Assembly: GCF_964194025.1 (NCBI RefSeq)
Contig: NW_027450122.1
Location: 1 to 64,000 of the forward strand
DNA length: 64,000 bases
Reading direction: 5' to 3'
Source: Convolutriloba macropyga
Taxonomy: Eukaryota
Positions 12,101 to 24,100 of the stretch are shown piece after piece. How positions within the stretch are numbered: the first letter of the stretch is position 1; every line of letters starts with the position of its first letter. Both the position numbers and the translations under genes were made by a program. A model generated the notes under the pieces. It saw only the letters and a list, made by a program, of their open reading frames with translations. It had not been told where the DNA came from and did no database searches.

Positions 12101-15100
12101 TTTAGCTAGCTTGAGTTAGCTTGAACTAGCTTGAGTTAGCTTGAGCTAGCTTGAGTTAGCTTGAGTTAGCTTGAGTTAGCTTTGGCTAGCTTGAGTTAGC
12201 TTGAACTAGCTTGAGTTAGCTTGAGTTAGCTTGAGTTAGCTTGTCTTAGCTTTAGCTAGCTTGAGCTAGCTTGAACTAGCTTTAGCTACCTTGAGTTAGC
12301 TTGAGTTAGCTCGGGTTAGCTTGAGTTAGCTTGAGTTAGCTTGAGTTAGCTTTAGCTAGCTTGAGTTAGCTTGAGTTAGCTTGAGTTAGCTTGAACTAGC
12401 TTGAGTTAGCTTGAGTTAGCTTGAGTTAGCTTGAGTTAGCTTGAGTTAGCTTGTCGTAGCTTTAGCTAGATTGAGTTAGCTTGAACTAGCTTTAGCTACC
12501 TTGAGTTAGCTTGAGTTAGCTCGGGTTAGCTTGAGTTAGCTTGAGTTAGCTTGAGTTAGCTTTAGCTAGCTTGAGTTAGCTTGAGTTAGCTTGAGTTAGC
12601 TTGAGTTAGCTTGAATTAGCTTGAGTTAGCTTGAGTTAGCTTTAGCTAGCTTGGGTTAGCTTGAGCTAGCTTGAGTTAGCTCGGGTTAGCTTGAGTTAGC
12701 TTGAGTTAGCTTTAGCTAGCTTGAGTTAGCTTGAGTTAGCTTGAGTTAGCTTGAGTTAGCTTTAGCTAGCTTGAGTTAGCTTGAACTAGCTTGAGTTAGC
12801 TTGAGCTAGCTTGAGTTAGCTTGAGTTAGCTTGAGTTAGCTTTAGCTAGCTTGAGTTAGCTTGAACTAGCTTGAGTTAGCTTGAGTTAGCTTGAGTTAGC
12901 TTGAGTTAGCTTGTCTTAGCTTTAGCTAGCTTGAGCTAGCTTGAACTAGCTTTAGCTACCTTGAGTTAGCTTGAGTTAGCTCGGGTTAGCTTGAGTTAGC
13001 TTGAGTTAGCTTGAGTTAGCTTTAGCTAGCTTGAGTTAGCTTGAGTTAGCTTGAGTTAGCTTGAACTAGCTTGAGTTAGCTTGAGTTAGCTTGAGTTAGC
13101 TTGAGTTAGCTTGAGTTAGCTTGTCTTAGCTTTAGCTAGCTTGAGTTAGCTTGAACTAGCTTTAGCTACCTTGAGTTAGCTTGAGTTAGCTCGGGTTAGC
13201 TTGAGTTAGCTTGAGTTAGCTTGAGTTAGCTTTAGCTAGCTTGAGTTAGCTTGAGTTAGCTTGAGTTAGCTTGAGTTAGCTTGAATTAGCTTGAGTTAGC
13301 TTGAGTTAGCTTTAGCTAGCTTGGGTTAGCTTGAGCTAGCTTGAGTTAGCTCGGGTTAGCTTGAGTTAGCTTGAGTTAGCTTTAGCTAGCTTGAGTTAGC
13401 TTGAGTTAGCTTGAGTTAGCTTGAGTTAGCTTTAGCTAGCTTGAGTTAGCTTGAACTAGCTTGAGTTAGCTTGAGCTAGCTTGAGTTAGCTTGAGTTAGC
13501 TTGAGTTAGCTTTAGCTAGCTTGAGTTAGCTTGAACTAGCTTTAGTTAGCTTGAGTTAGCTTGAGTTAGCTTGAGTTAGCTTGAGTTAGCTTGTCTTAGC
13601 TTTAGCTAGCTTGAGTTAGCTTGAACTAGCTTTAGCTACCTTGAGTTAGCTTGAGTTAGCTCGGGTTAGCTTGAGTTAGCTTGAGTTAGCTTGAGTTAGC
13701 TTTAGCTAGCTTGAGTTAGCTTGAGTTAGCTTGAGTTAGCTTGAACTAGCTTGAGTTAGCTTGAGTTAGCTTGAGTTAGCTTGAGTTAGCTTGAGTTAGC
13801 TTGAGTTAGCTTGTCTTAGCTTTAGCTAGCTTGAGTTAGCTTGAACTAGCTTTAGCTACCTTGAGTTAGCTTGAGTTAGCTCGGGTTAGCTTGAGTTAGC
13901 TTGAGTTAGCTTGAGTTAGCTTTAGCTAGCTTGAGTTAGCTTGAGTTAGCTTGAGTTAGCTTGAGTTAGCTTGAATTAGCTTGAGTTAGCTTGAGTTAGC
14001 TTTAGCTAGCTTGGGTTAGCTTGAGCTAGCTTGAGTTAGCTCGGGTTAGCTTGAGTTAGCTTGAGTTAGCTTTAGCTAGCTTGAGTTAGCTTGAGTTAGC
14101 TTGAGTTAGCTTGAGTTAGCTTTAGCTAGCTTGAGTTAGCTTGAACTAGCTTGAGTTAGCTTGAGCTAGCTTGAGTTAGCTTGAGTTAGCTTGAGTTAGC
14201 TTTAGCTAGCTTGAGTTAGCTTGAACTAGCTTGAGTTAGCTTGAGTTAGCTTGAGTTAGCTTGTCTTAGCTTTAGCTAGCTTGAGCTAGCTTGAACTAGC
14301 TTTAGCTACCTTGAGTTAGCTTGAGTTAGCTCGGGTTAGCTTGAGTTAGCTTGAGTTAGCTTGAGTTAGCTTTAGCTAGCTTGAGTTAGCTTGAGTTAGC
14401 TTGAGTTAGCTTGAACTAGCTTGAGTTAGCTTGAGTTAGCTTGAGTTAGCTTGAGTTAGCTTGAGTTAGCTTGTCTTAGCTTTAGCTAGCTTGAGTTAGC
14501 TTGAACTAGCTTTAGCTACCTTGAGTTAGCTTGAGTTAGCTCGGGTTAGCTTGAGTTAGCTTGAGTTAGCTTGAGTTAGCTTTAGCTAGCTTGAGTTAGC
14601 TTGAGTTAGCTTGAGTTAGCTTGAGTTAGCTTGAATTAGCTTGAGTTAGCTTGAGTTAGCTTTAGCTAGCTTGGGTTAGCTTGAGCTAGCTTGAGTTAGC
14701 TCGGGTTAGCTTGAGTTAGCTTGAGTTAGCTTTAGCTAGCTTGAGTTAGCTTGAGTTAGCTTGAGTTAGCTTGAGTTAGCTTTAGCTAGCTTGAGTTAGC
14801 TTGAACTAGCTTGAGTTAGCTTGAGCTAGCTTGAGTTAGCTTGAGTTAGCTTGAGTTAGCTTTAGCTAGCTTGAGTTAGCTTGAACTAGCTTTAGTTAGC
14901 TTGAGTTAGCTTGAGTTAGCTTGAGTTAGCTTGAGTTAGCTTGTCTTAGCTTTAGCTAGCTTGAGTTAGCTTGAACTAGCTTTAGCTACCTTGAGTTAGC
15001 TTGAGTTAGCTCGGGTTAGCTTGAGTTAGCTTGAGTTAGCTTGAGTTAGCTTTAGCTAGCTTGAGTTAGCTTGAGTTAGCTTGAGTTAGCTTGAACTAGC

Positions 15101-18100
15101 TTGAGTTAGCTTTAGCTAGCTTGAGTTAGCTTGAACTAGCTTTAGCTACCTTGAGTTAGCTTGAGTTAGCTCGGGTTAGCTTGAGTTAGCTTGAGTTAGC
15201 TTGAGTTAGCTTTAGCTAGCTTGAGTTAGCTTGAGTTAGCTTGAGTTAGCTTGAACTAGCTTGAGTTAGCTTGAGTTAGCTTGAATTAGCTTGAGTTAGC
15301 TTGAGTTAGCTTTAGCTAGCTTGGGTTAGCTTGAGCTAGCTTGAGTTAGCTCGGGTTAGCTTGAGTTAGCTTGAGTTAGCTTTAGCTAGCTTGAGTTAGC
15401 TTGAGTTAGCTTGAGTTAGCTTGAGTTAGCTTTAGCTAGCTTGAGTTAGCTTGAACTAGCTTGAGTTAGCTTGAGCTAGCTTGAGTTAGCTTGAGTTAGC
15501 TTGAGTTAGCTTTAGCTAGCTTGAGTTAGCTTGAACTAGCTTTAGTTAGCTTGAGTTAGCTTGAGTTAGCTTGAGTTAGCTTGAGTTAGCTTGTCTTAGC
15601 TTTAGCTAGCTTGAGTTAGCTTGAACTAGCTTTAGCTACCTTGAGTTAGCTTGAGTTAGCTCGGGTTAGCTTGAGTTAGCTTGAGTTAGCTTGAGTTAGC
15701 TTTAGCTAGCTTGAGTTAGCTTGAGTTAGCTTGAGTTAGCTTGAACTAGCTTGAGTTAGCTTGAGTTAGCTTGAGTTAGCTTGAGTTAGCTTGAGTTAGC
15801 TTGAGTTAGCTTGTCTTAGCTTTAGCTAGCTTGAGTTAGCTTGAACTAGCTTTAGCTACCTTGAGTTAGCTTGAGTTAGCTCGGGTTAGCTTGAGTTAGC
15901 TTGAGTTAGCTTGAGTTAGCTTTAGCTAGCTTGAGTTAGCTTGAGTTAGCTTGAGTTAGCTTGAGTTAGCTTGAATTAGCTTGAGTTAGCTTGAGTTAGC
16001 TTTAGCTAGCTTGGGTTAGCTTGAGCTAGCTTGAGTTAGCTCGGGTTAGCTTGAGTTAGCTTGAGTTAGCTTTAGCTAGCTTGAGTTAGCTTGAGTTAGC
16101 TTGAGTTAGCTTGAGTTAGCTTTAGCCAGCTTGAGTTAGCTTGAACTAGCTTGAGTTAGCTTGAGCTAGCTTGAGTTAGCTTGAGTTAGCTTGAGTTAGC
16201 TTTAGCTAGCTTGAGTTAGCTTGAACTAGCTTGAGTTAGCTTGAGTTAGCTTGAGTTAGCTTGTCTTAGCTTTAGCTAGCTTGAGCTAGCTTGAACTAGC
16301 TTTAGCTACCTTGAGTTAGCTTGAGTTAGCTCGGGTTAGCTTGAGTTAGCTTGAGTTAGCTTGAGTTAGCTTTAGCTAGCTTGAGTTAGCTTGAGTTAGC
16401 TTGAGTTAGCTTGAACTAGCTTGAGTTAGCTTGAGTTAGCTTTAGCTAGCTTGAGTTAGCTTGAGTTAGCTTGAGTTAGCTTGAACTAGCTTGAGTTAGC
16501 TTGTCTTAGCTTTAGCTAGCTTGAGTTAGCTTGAACTAGCTTTAGCTACCTTGAGTTAGCTTGAGTTAGCTCGGGTTAGCTTGAGTTAGCTTGAGTTAGC
16601 TTGAGTTAGCTTTAGCTAGCTTGAGTTAGCTTGAGTTAGCTTGAGTTAGCTTGAGTTAGCTTGAATTAGCTTGAGTTAGCTTGAGTTAGCTTTAGCTAGC
16701 TTGGGTTAGCTTGAGCTAGCTTGAGTTAGCTCGGGTTAGCTTGAGTTAGCTTGAGTTAGCTTTAGCTAGCTTGAGTTAGCTTGAGTTAGCTTGAGTTAGC
16801 TTGAGTTAGCTTTAGCTAGCTTGAGTTAGCTTGAACTAGCTTGAGTTAGCTTGAGCTAGCTTGAGTTAGCTTGAGTTAGCTTGAGTTAGCTTTAGCTAGC
16901 TTGAGTTAGCTTGAACTAGCTTTAGTTAGCTTGAGTTAGCTTGAGTTAGCTTGAGTTAGCTTGAGTTAGCTTGTCTTAGCTTTAGCTAGCTTGAGTTAGC
17001 TTGAACTAGCTTTAGCTACCTTGAGTTAGCTTGAGTTAGCTCGGGTTAGCTTGAGTTAGCTTGAGTTAGCTTGAGTTAGCTTTAGCTAGCTTGAGTTAGC
17101 TTGAGTTAGCTTGAGTTAGCTTGAACTAGCTTGAGTTAGCTTGAGTTAGCTTGAGTTAGCTTGAGTTAGCTTGAGTTAGCTTGAGTTAGCTTGTCTTAGC
17201 TTTAGCTAGCTTGAGTTAGCTTGAACTAGCTTTAGCTACCTTGAGTTAGCTTGAGTTAGCTCGGGTTAGCTTGAGTTAGCTTGAGTTAGCTTGAGTTAGC
17301 TTTAGCTAGCTTGAGTTAGCTTGAGTTAGCTTGAGTTAGCTTGAGTTAGCTTGAATTAGCTTGAGTTAGCTTGAGTTAGCTTTAGCTAGCTTGGGTTAGC
17401 TTGAGCTAGCTTGAGTTAGCTCGGGTTAGCTTGAGTTAGCTTGAGTTAGCTTTAGCTAGCTTGAGTTAGCTTGAGTTAGCTTGAGTTAGCTTGAGTTAGC
17501 TTTAGCTAGCTTGAGTTAGCTTGAACTAGCTTGAGTTAGCTTGAGCTAGCTTGAGTTAGCTTGAGTTAGCTTGAGTTAGCTTTAGCTAGCTTGAGTTAGC
17601 TTGAACTAGCTTGAGTTAGCTTGAGCTAGCTTGAGTTAGCTTGAGTTAGCTTGAGTTAGCTTTAGCTAGCTTGAGTTAGCTTGAACTAGCTTGAGTTAGC
17701 TTGAGTTAGCTTGAGTTAGCTTGAGTTAGCTTGTCTTAGCTTTAGCTAGCTTGAGCTAGCTTGAACTAGCTTTAGCTACCTTGAGTTAGCTTGAGTTAGC
17801 TCGGGTTAGCTTGAGTTAGCTTGAGTTAGCTTGAGTTAGCTTGAGCTAGCTTGAGTTAGCTTGAGTTAGCTTGAGTTAGCTTTAGCTAGCTTGAGTTAGC
17901 TTGAACTAGCTTGAGTTAGCTTGAGCTAGCTTGAGTTAGCTTGAGTTAGCTTGAGTTAGCTTTAGCTAGCTTGAGTTAGCTTGAACTAGCTTGAGTTAGC
18001 TTGAGTTAGCTTGAGTTAGCTTGAGTTAGCTTGTCTTAGCTTTAGCTAGCTTGAGCTAGCTTGAACTAGCTTTAGCTACCTTGAGTTAGCTTGAGTTAGC

Positions 18101-21100
18101 TCGGGTTAGCTTGAGTTAGCTTGAGTTAGCTTGAGTTAGCTTTAGCTAGCTTGAGTTAGCTTGAGTTAGCTTGAGTTAGCTTGAACTAGCTTGAGTTAGC
18201 TTGAGTTAGCTTGAGTTAGCTTGAGTTAGCTTGAGTTAGCTTGAGTTAGCTTGTCTTAGCTTTAGCTAGCTTGAGTTAGCTTGAACTAGCTTTAGCTACC
18301 TTGAGTTAGCTTGAGTTAGCTCGGGTTAGCTTGAGTTAGCTTGAGTTAGCTTGAGTTAGCTTTAGCTAGCTTGAGTTAGCTTGAGTTAGCTTGAGTTAGC
18401 TTGAGTTAGCTTGAATTAGCTTGAGTTAGCTTGAGTTAGCTTTAGCTAGCTTGGGTTAGCTTGAGCTAGCTTGAGTTAGCTCGGGTTAGCTTGAGTTAGC
18501 TTGAGTTAGCTTTAGCTAGCTTGAGTTAGCTTGAGTTAGCTTGAGTTAGCTTGAGTTAGCTTTAGCTAGCTTGAGTTAGCTTGAACTAGCTTGAGTTAGC
18601 TTGAGCTAGCTTGAGTTAGCTTGAGTTAGCTTGAGTTAGCTTTAGCTAGCTTGAGTTAGCTTGAACTAGCTTTAGTTAGCTTGAGTTAGCTTGAGTTAGC
18701 TTGAGTTAGCTTGAGTTAGCTTGTCTTAGCTTTAGCTAGCTTGAGTTAGCTTGAACTAGCTTTAGCTACCTTGAGTTAGCTTGAGTTAGCTCGGGTTAGC
18801 TTGAGTTAGCTTGAGTTAGCTTGAGTTAGCTTTAGCTAGCTTGAGTTAGCTTGAGTTAGCTTGAGTTAGCTTGAGTTAGCTTGAATTAGCTTGAGTTAGC
18901 TTGAGTTAGCTTTAGCTAGCTTGGGTTAGCTTGAGCTAGCTTGAGTTAGCTCGGGTTAGCTTGAGTTAGCTTGAGTTAGCTTTAGCTAGCTTGAGTTAGC
19001 TTGAGTTAGCTTGAGTTAGCTTGAGTTAGCTTTAGCTAGCTTGAGTTAGCTTGAACTAGCTTGAGTTAGCTTGAGCTAGCTTGAGCTAGCTTGAGTTAGC
19101 TTGAGTTAGCTTTAGCTAGCTTGAGTTAGCTTGAACTAGCTTGAGTTAGCTTGAGCTAGCTTGAGTTAGCTTGAGTTAGCTTGAGTTAGCTTTAGCTAGC
19201 TTGAGTTAGCTTGAACTAGCTTGAGTTAGCTTGAGTTAGCTTGAGTTAGCTTGAGTTAGCTTGTCTTAGCTTTAGCTAGCTTGAGCTAGCTTGAACTAGC
19301 TTTAGCTACCTTGAGTTAGCTTGAGTTAGCTCGGGTTAGCTTGAGTTAGCTTGAGTTAGCTTGAGTTAGCTTTAGCTAGCTTGAGTTAGCTTGAGTTAGC
19401 TTGAGTTAGCTTGAACTAGCTTGAGTTAGCTTGAGTTAGCTTGAGTTAGCTTGAGTTAGCTTGAGTTAGCTTGAGTTAGCTTGTCTTAGCTTTAGCTAGC
19501 TTGAGTTAGCTTGAACTAGCTTTAGCTACCTTGAGTTAGCTTGAGTTAGCTCGGGTTAGCTTGAGTTAGCTTGAGTTAGCTTGAGTTAGCTTTAGCTAGC
19601 TTGAGTTAGCTTGAGTTAGCTTGAGTTAGCTTGAGTTAGCTTGAATTAGCTTGAGTTAGCTTGAGTTAGCTTTAGCTAGCTTGGGTTAGCTTGAGCTAGC
19701 TTGAGTTAGCTCGGGTTAGCTTGAGTTAGCTTGAGTTAGCTTTAGCTAGCTTGAGTTAGCTTGAGTTAGCTTGAGTTAGCTTGAGTTAGCTTTAGCTAGC
19801 TTGAGTTAGCTTGAACTAGCTTGAGTTAGCTTGAGCTAGCTTGAGTTAGCTTGAGTTAGCTTGAGTTAGCTTTAGCTAGCTTGAGTTAGCTTGAACTAGC
19901 TTTAGTTAGCTTGAGTTAGCTTGAGTTAGCTTGAGTTAGCTTGAGTTAGCTTGTCTTAGCTTTAGCTAGCTTGAGTTAGCTTGAACTAGCTTTAGCTACC
20001 TTGAGTTAGCTTGAGTTAGCTCGGGTTAGCTTGAGTTAGCTTGAGTTAGCTTGAGTTAGCTTTAGCTAGCTTGAGTTAGCTTGAGTTAGCTTGAGTTAGC
20101 TTGAACTAGCTTGAGTTAGCTTGAGTTAGCTTGAGTTAGCTTGAGTTAGCTTGAGTTAGCTTGAGTTAGCTTGTCTTAGCTTTAGCTAGCTTGAGTTAGC
20201 TTGAACTAGCTTTAGCTACCTTGAGTTAGCTTGAGTTAGCTCGGGTTAGCTTGAGTTAGCTTGAGTTAGCTTGAGTTAGCTTTAGCTAGCTTGAGTTAGC
20301 TTGAGTTAGCTTGAGTTAGCTTGAGTTAGCTTGAATTAGCTTGAGTTAGCTTGAGTTAGCTTTAGCTAGCTTGGGTTAGCTTGAGCTAGCTTGAGTTAGC
20401 TCGGGTTAGCTTGAGTTAGCTTGAGTTAGCTTTAGCTAGCTTGAGTTAGCTTGAGTTAGCTTGAGTTAGCTTGAGTTAGCTTTAGCTAGCTTGAGTTAGC
20501 TTGAACTAGCTTGAGTTAGCTTGAGCTAGCTTGAGTTAGCTTGAGTTAGCTTGAGTTAGCTTTGGCTAGCTTGAGTTAGCTTGAACTAGCTTGAGTTAGC
20601 TTGAGTTAGCTTGAGTTAGCTTGTCTTAGCTTTAGCTAGCTTGAGCTAGCTTGAACTAGCTTTAGCTACCTTGAGTTAGCTTGAGTTAGCTCGGGTTAGC
20701 TTGAGTTAGCTTGAGTTAGCTTGAGTTAGCTTTAGCTAGCTTGAGTTAGCTTGAGTTAGCTTGAGTTAGCTTGAACTAGCTTGAGTTAGCTTGAGTTAGC
20801 TTGAGTTAGCTTGAGTTAGCTTGAGTTAGCTTGTCTTAGCTTTAGCTAGCTTGAGTTAGCTTGAACTAGCTTTAGCTACCTTGAGTTAGCTTGAGTTAGC
20901 TCGGGTTAGCTTGAGTTAGCTTGAGTTAGCTTGAGTTAGCTTTAGCTAGCTTGAGTTAGCTTGAGTTAGCTTGAGTTAGCTTGAGTTAGCTTGAATTAGC
21001 TTGAGTTAGCTTGAGTTAGCTTTAGCTAGCTTGGGTTAGCTTGAGCTAGCTTGAGTTAGCTCGGGTTAGCTTGAGTTAGCTTGAGTTAGCTTTAGCTAGC

Positions 21101-24100
21101 TTGAGTTAGCTTGAGTTAGCTTGAGTTAGCTTGAGTTAGCTTTAGCTAGCTTGAGTTAGCTTGAACTAGCTTGAGTTAGCTTGAGCTAGCTTGAGTTAGC
21201 TTGAGTTAGCTTGAGTTAGCTTTAGCTAGCTTGAGTTAGCTTGAACTAGCTTGAGTTAGCTTGAGTTAGCTTGAGTTAGCTTGAGTTAGCTTGTCTTAGC
21301 TTTAGCTAGCTTGAGCTAGCTTGAACTAGCTTTAGCTACCTTGAGTTAGCTTGAGTTAGCTCGGGTTAGCTTGAGTTAGCTTGAGTTAGCTTGAGTTAGC
21401 TTTAGCTAGCTTGAGTTAGCTTGAGTTAGCTTGAGTTAGCTTGAACTAGCTTGAGTTAGCTTGAGTTAGCTTGAGTTAGCTTGAGTTAGCTTGAGTTAGC
21501 TTGTCTTAGCTTTAGCTAGCTTGAGTTAGCTTGAACTAGCTTTAGCTACCTTGAGTTAGCTTGAGTTAGCTCGGGTTAGCTTGAGTTAGCTTGAGTTAGC
21601 TTGAGTTAGCTTTAGCTAGCTTGAGTTAGCTTGAGTTAGCTTGAGTTAGCTTGAGTTAGCTTGAATTAGCTTGAGTTAGCTTGAGTTAGCTTTAGCTAGC
21701 TTGGGTTAGCTTGAGCTAGCTTGAGTTAGCTCGGGTTAGCTTGAGTTAGCTTGAGTTAGCTTTAGCTAGCTTGAGTTAGCTTGAGTTAGCTTGAGTTAGC
21801 TTGAGTTAGCTTTAGCTAGCTTGAGTTAGCTTGAACTAGCTTGAGTTAGCTTGAGCTAGCTTGAGTTAGCTTGAGTTAGCTTGAGTTAGCTTTAGCTAGC
21901 TTGAGTTAGCTTGAACTAGCTTTAGTTAGCTTGAGTTAGCTTGAGTTAGCTTGAGTTAGCTTGAGTTAGCTTGTCTTAGCTTTAGCTAGCTTGAGTTAGC
22001 TTGAACTAGCTTTAGCTACCTTGAGTTAGCTTGAGTTAGCTCGGGTTAGCTTGAGTTAGCTTGAGTTAGCTTGAGTTAGCTTTAGCTAGCTTGAGTTAGC
22101 TTGAGTTAGCTTGAGTTAGCTTGAACTAGCTTGAGTTAGCTTGAGTTAGCTTGAGTTAGCTTGAGTTAGCTTGAGTTAGCTTGAGTTAGCTTGTCTTAGC
22201 TTTAGCTAGCTTGAGTTAGCTTGAACTAGCTTTAGCTACCTTGAGTTAGCTTGAGTTAGCTCGGGTTAGCTTGAGTTAGCTTGAGTTAGCTTGAGTTAGC
22301 TTTAGCTAGCTTGAGTTAGCTTGAGTTAGCTTGAGTTAGCTTGAGTTAGCTTGAATTAGCTTGAGTTAGCTTGAGTTAGCTTTAGCTAGCTTGGGTTAGC
22401 TTGAGCTAGCTTGAGTTAGCTCGGGTTAGCTTGAGTTAGCTTGAGTTAGCTTTAGCTAGCTTGAGTTAGCTTGAGTTAGCTTGAGTTAGCTTGAGTTAGC
22501 TTTAGCTAGCTTGAGTTAGCTTGAACTAGCTTGAGTTAGCTTGAGCTAGCTTGAGTTAGCTTGAGTTAGCTTGAGTTAGCTTTAGCTAGCTTGAGTTAGC
22601 TTGAACTAGCTTGAGTTAGCTTGAGTTAGCTTGAGTTAGCTTGTCTTAGCTTTAGCTAGCTTGAGCTAGCTTGAACTAGCTTTAGCTACCTTGAGTTAGC
22701 TTGAGTTAGCTCGGGTTAGCTTGAGTTAGCTTGAGTTAGCTTGAGTTAGCTTTAGCTAGCTTGAGTTAGCTTGAGTTAGCTTGAGTTAGCTTGAACTAGC
22801 TTGAGTTAGCTTGAGTTAGCTTGAGTTAGCTTGTCTTAGCTTTAGCTAGCTTGAGTTAGCTTGAACTAGCTTTAGCTACCTTGAGTTAGCTTGAGTTAGC
22901 TCGGGTTAGCTTGAGTTAGCTTGAGTTAGCTTGAGTTAGCTTTAGCTAGCTTGAGTTAGCTTGAGTTAGCTTGAGTTAGCTTGAGTTAGCTTGAATTAGC
23001 TTGAGTTAGCTTGAGTTAGCTTTAGCTAGCTTGGGTTAGCTTGAGCTAGCTTGAGTTAGCTCGGGTTAGCTTGAGTTAGCTTGAGTTAGCTTTAGCTAGC
23101 TTGAGTTAGCTTGAGTTAGCTTGAGTTAGCTTGAGTTAGCTTTAGCTAGCTTGAGTTAGCTTGAACTAGCTTGAGTTAGCTTGAGCTAGCTTGAGTTAGC
23201 TTGAGTTAGCTTGAGTTAGCTTTAGCTAGCTTGAGTTAGCTTGAACTAGCTTTAGTTAGCTTGAGTTAGCTTGAGTTAGCTTGAGTTAGCTTGAGTTAGC
23301 TTGTCTTAGCTTTAGCTAGCTTGAGTTAGCTTGAACTAGCTTTAGCTACCTTGAGTTAGCTTGAGTTAGCTCGGGTTAGCTTGAGTTAGCTTGAGTTAGC
23401 TTGAGTTAGCTTTAGCTAGCTTGAGTTAGCTTGAGTTAGCTTGAGTTAGCTTGAACTAGCTTGAGTTAGCTTTAGCTAGCTTGAGTTAGCTTGAACTAGC
23501 TTTAGCTACCTTGAGTTAGCTTGAGTTAGCTCGGGTTAGCTTGAGTTAGCTTGAGTTAGCTTGAGTTAGCTTTAGCTAGCTTGAGTTAGCTTGAGTTAGC
23601 TTGAGTTAGCTTGAACTAGCTTGAGTTAGCTTGAGTTAGCTTGAATTAGCTTGAGTTAGCTTGAGTTAGCTTTAGCTAGCTTGGGTTAGCTTGAGCTAGC
23701 TTGAGTTAGCTCGGGTTAGCTTGAGTTAGCTTGAGTTAGCTTTAGCTAGCTTGAGTTAGCTTGAGTTAGCTTGAGTTAGCTTGAGTTAGCTTTAGCTAGC
23801 TTGAGTTAGCTTGAACTAGCTTGAGTTAGCTTGAGCTAGCTTGAGTTAGCTTGAGTTAGCTTGAGTTAGCTTTAGCTAGCTTGAGTTAGCTTGAACTAGC
23901 TTTAGTTAGCTTGAGTTAGCTTGAGTTAGCTTGAGTTAGCTTGAGTTAGCTTGTCTTAGCTTTAGCTAGCTTGAGTTAGCTTGAACTAGCTTTAGCTACC
24001 TTGAGTTAGCTTGAGTTAGCTCGGGTTAGCTTGAGTTAGCTTGAGTTAGCTTGAGTTAGCTTTAGCTAGCTTGAGTTAGCTTGAGTTAGCTTGAGTTAGC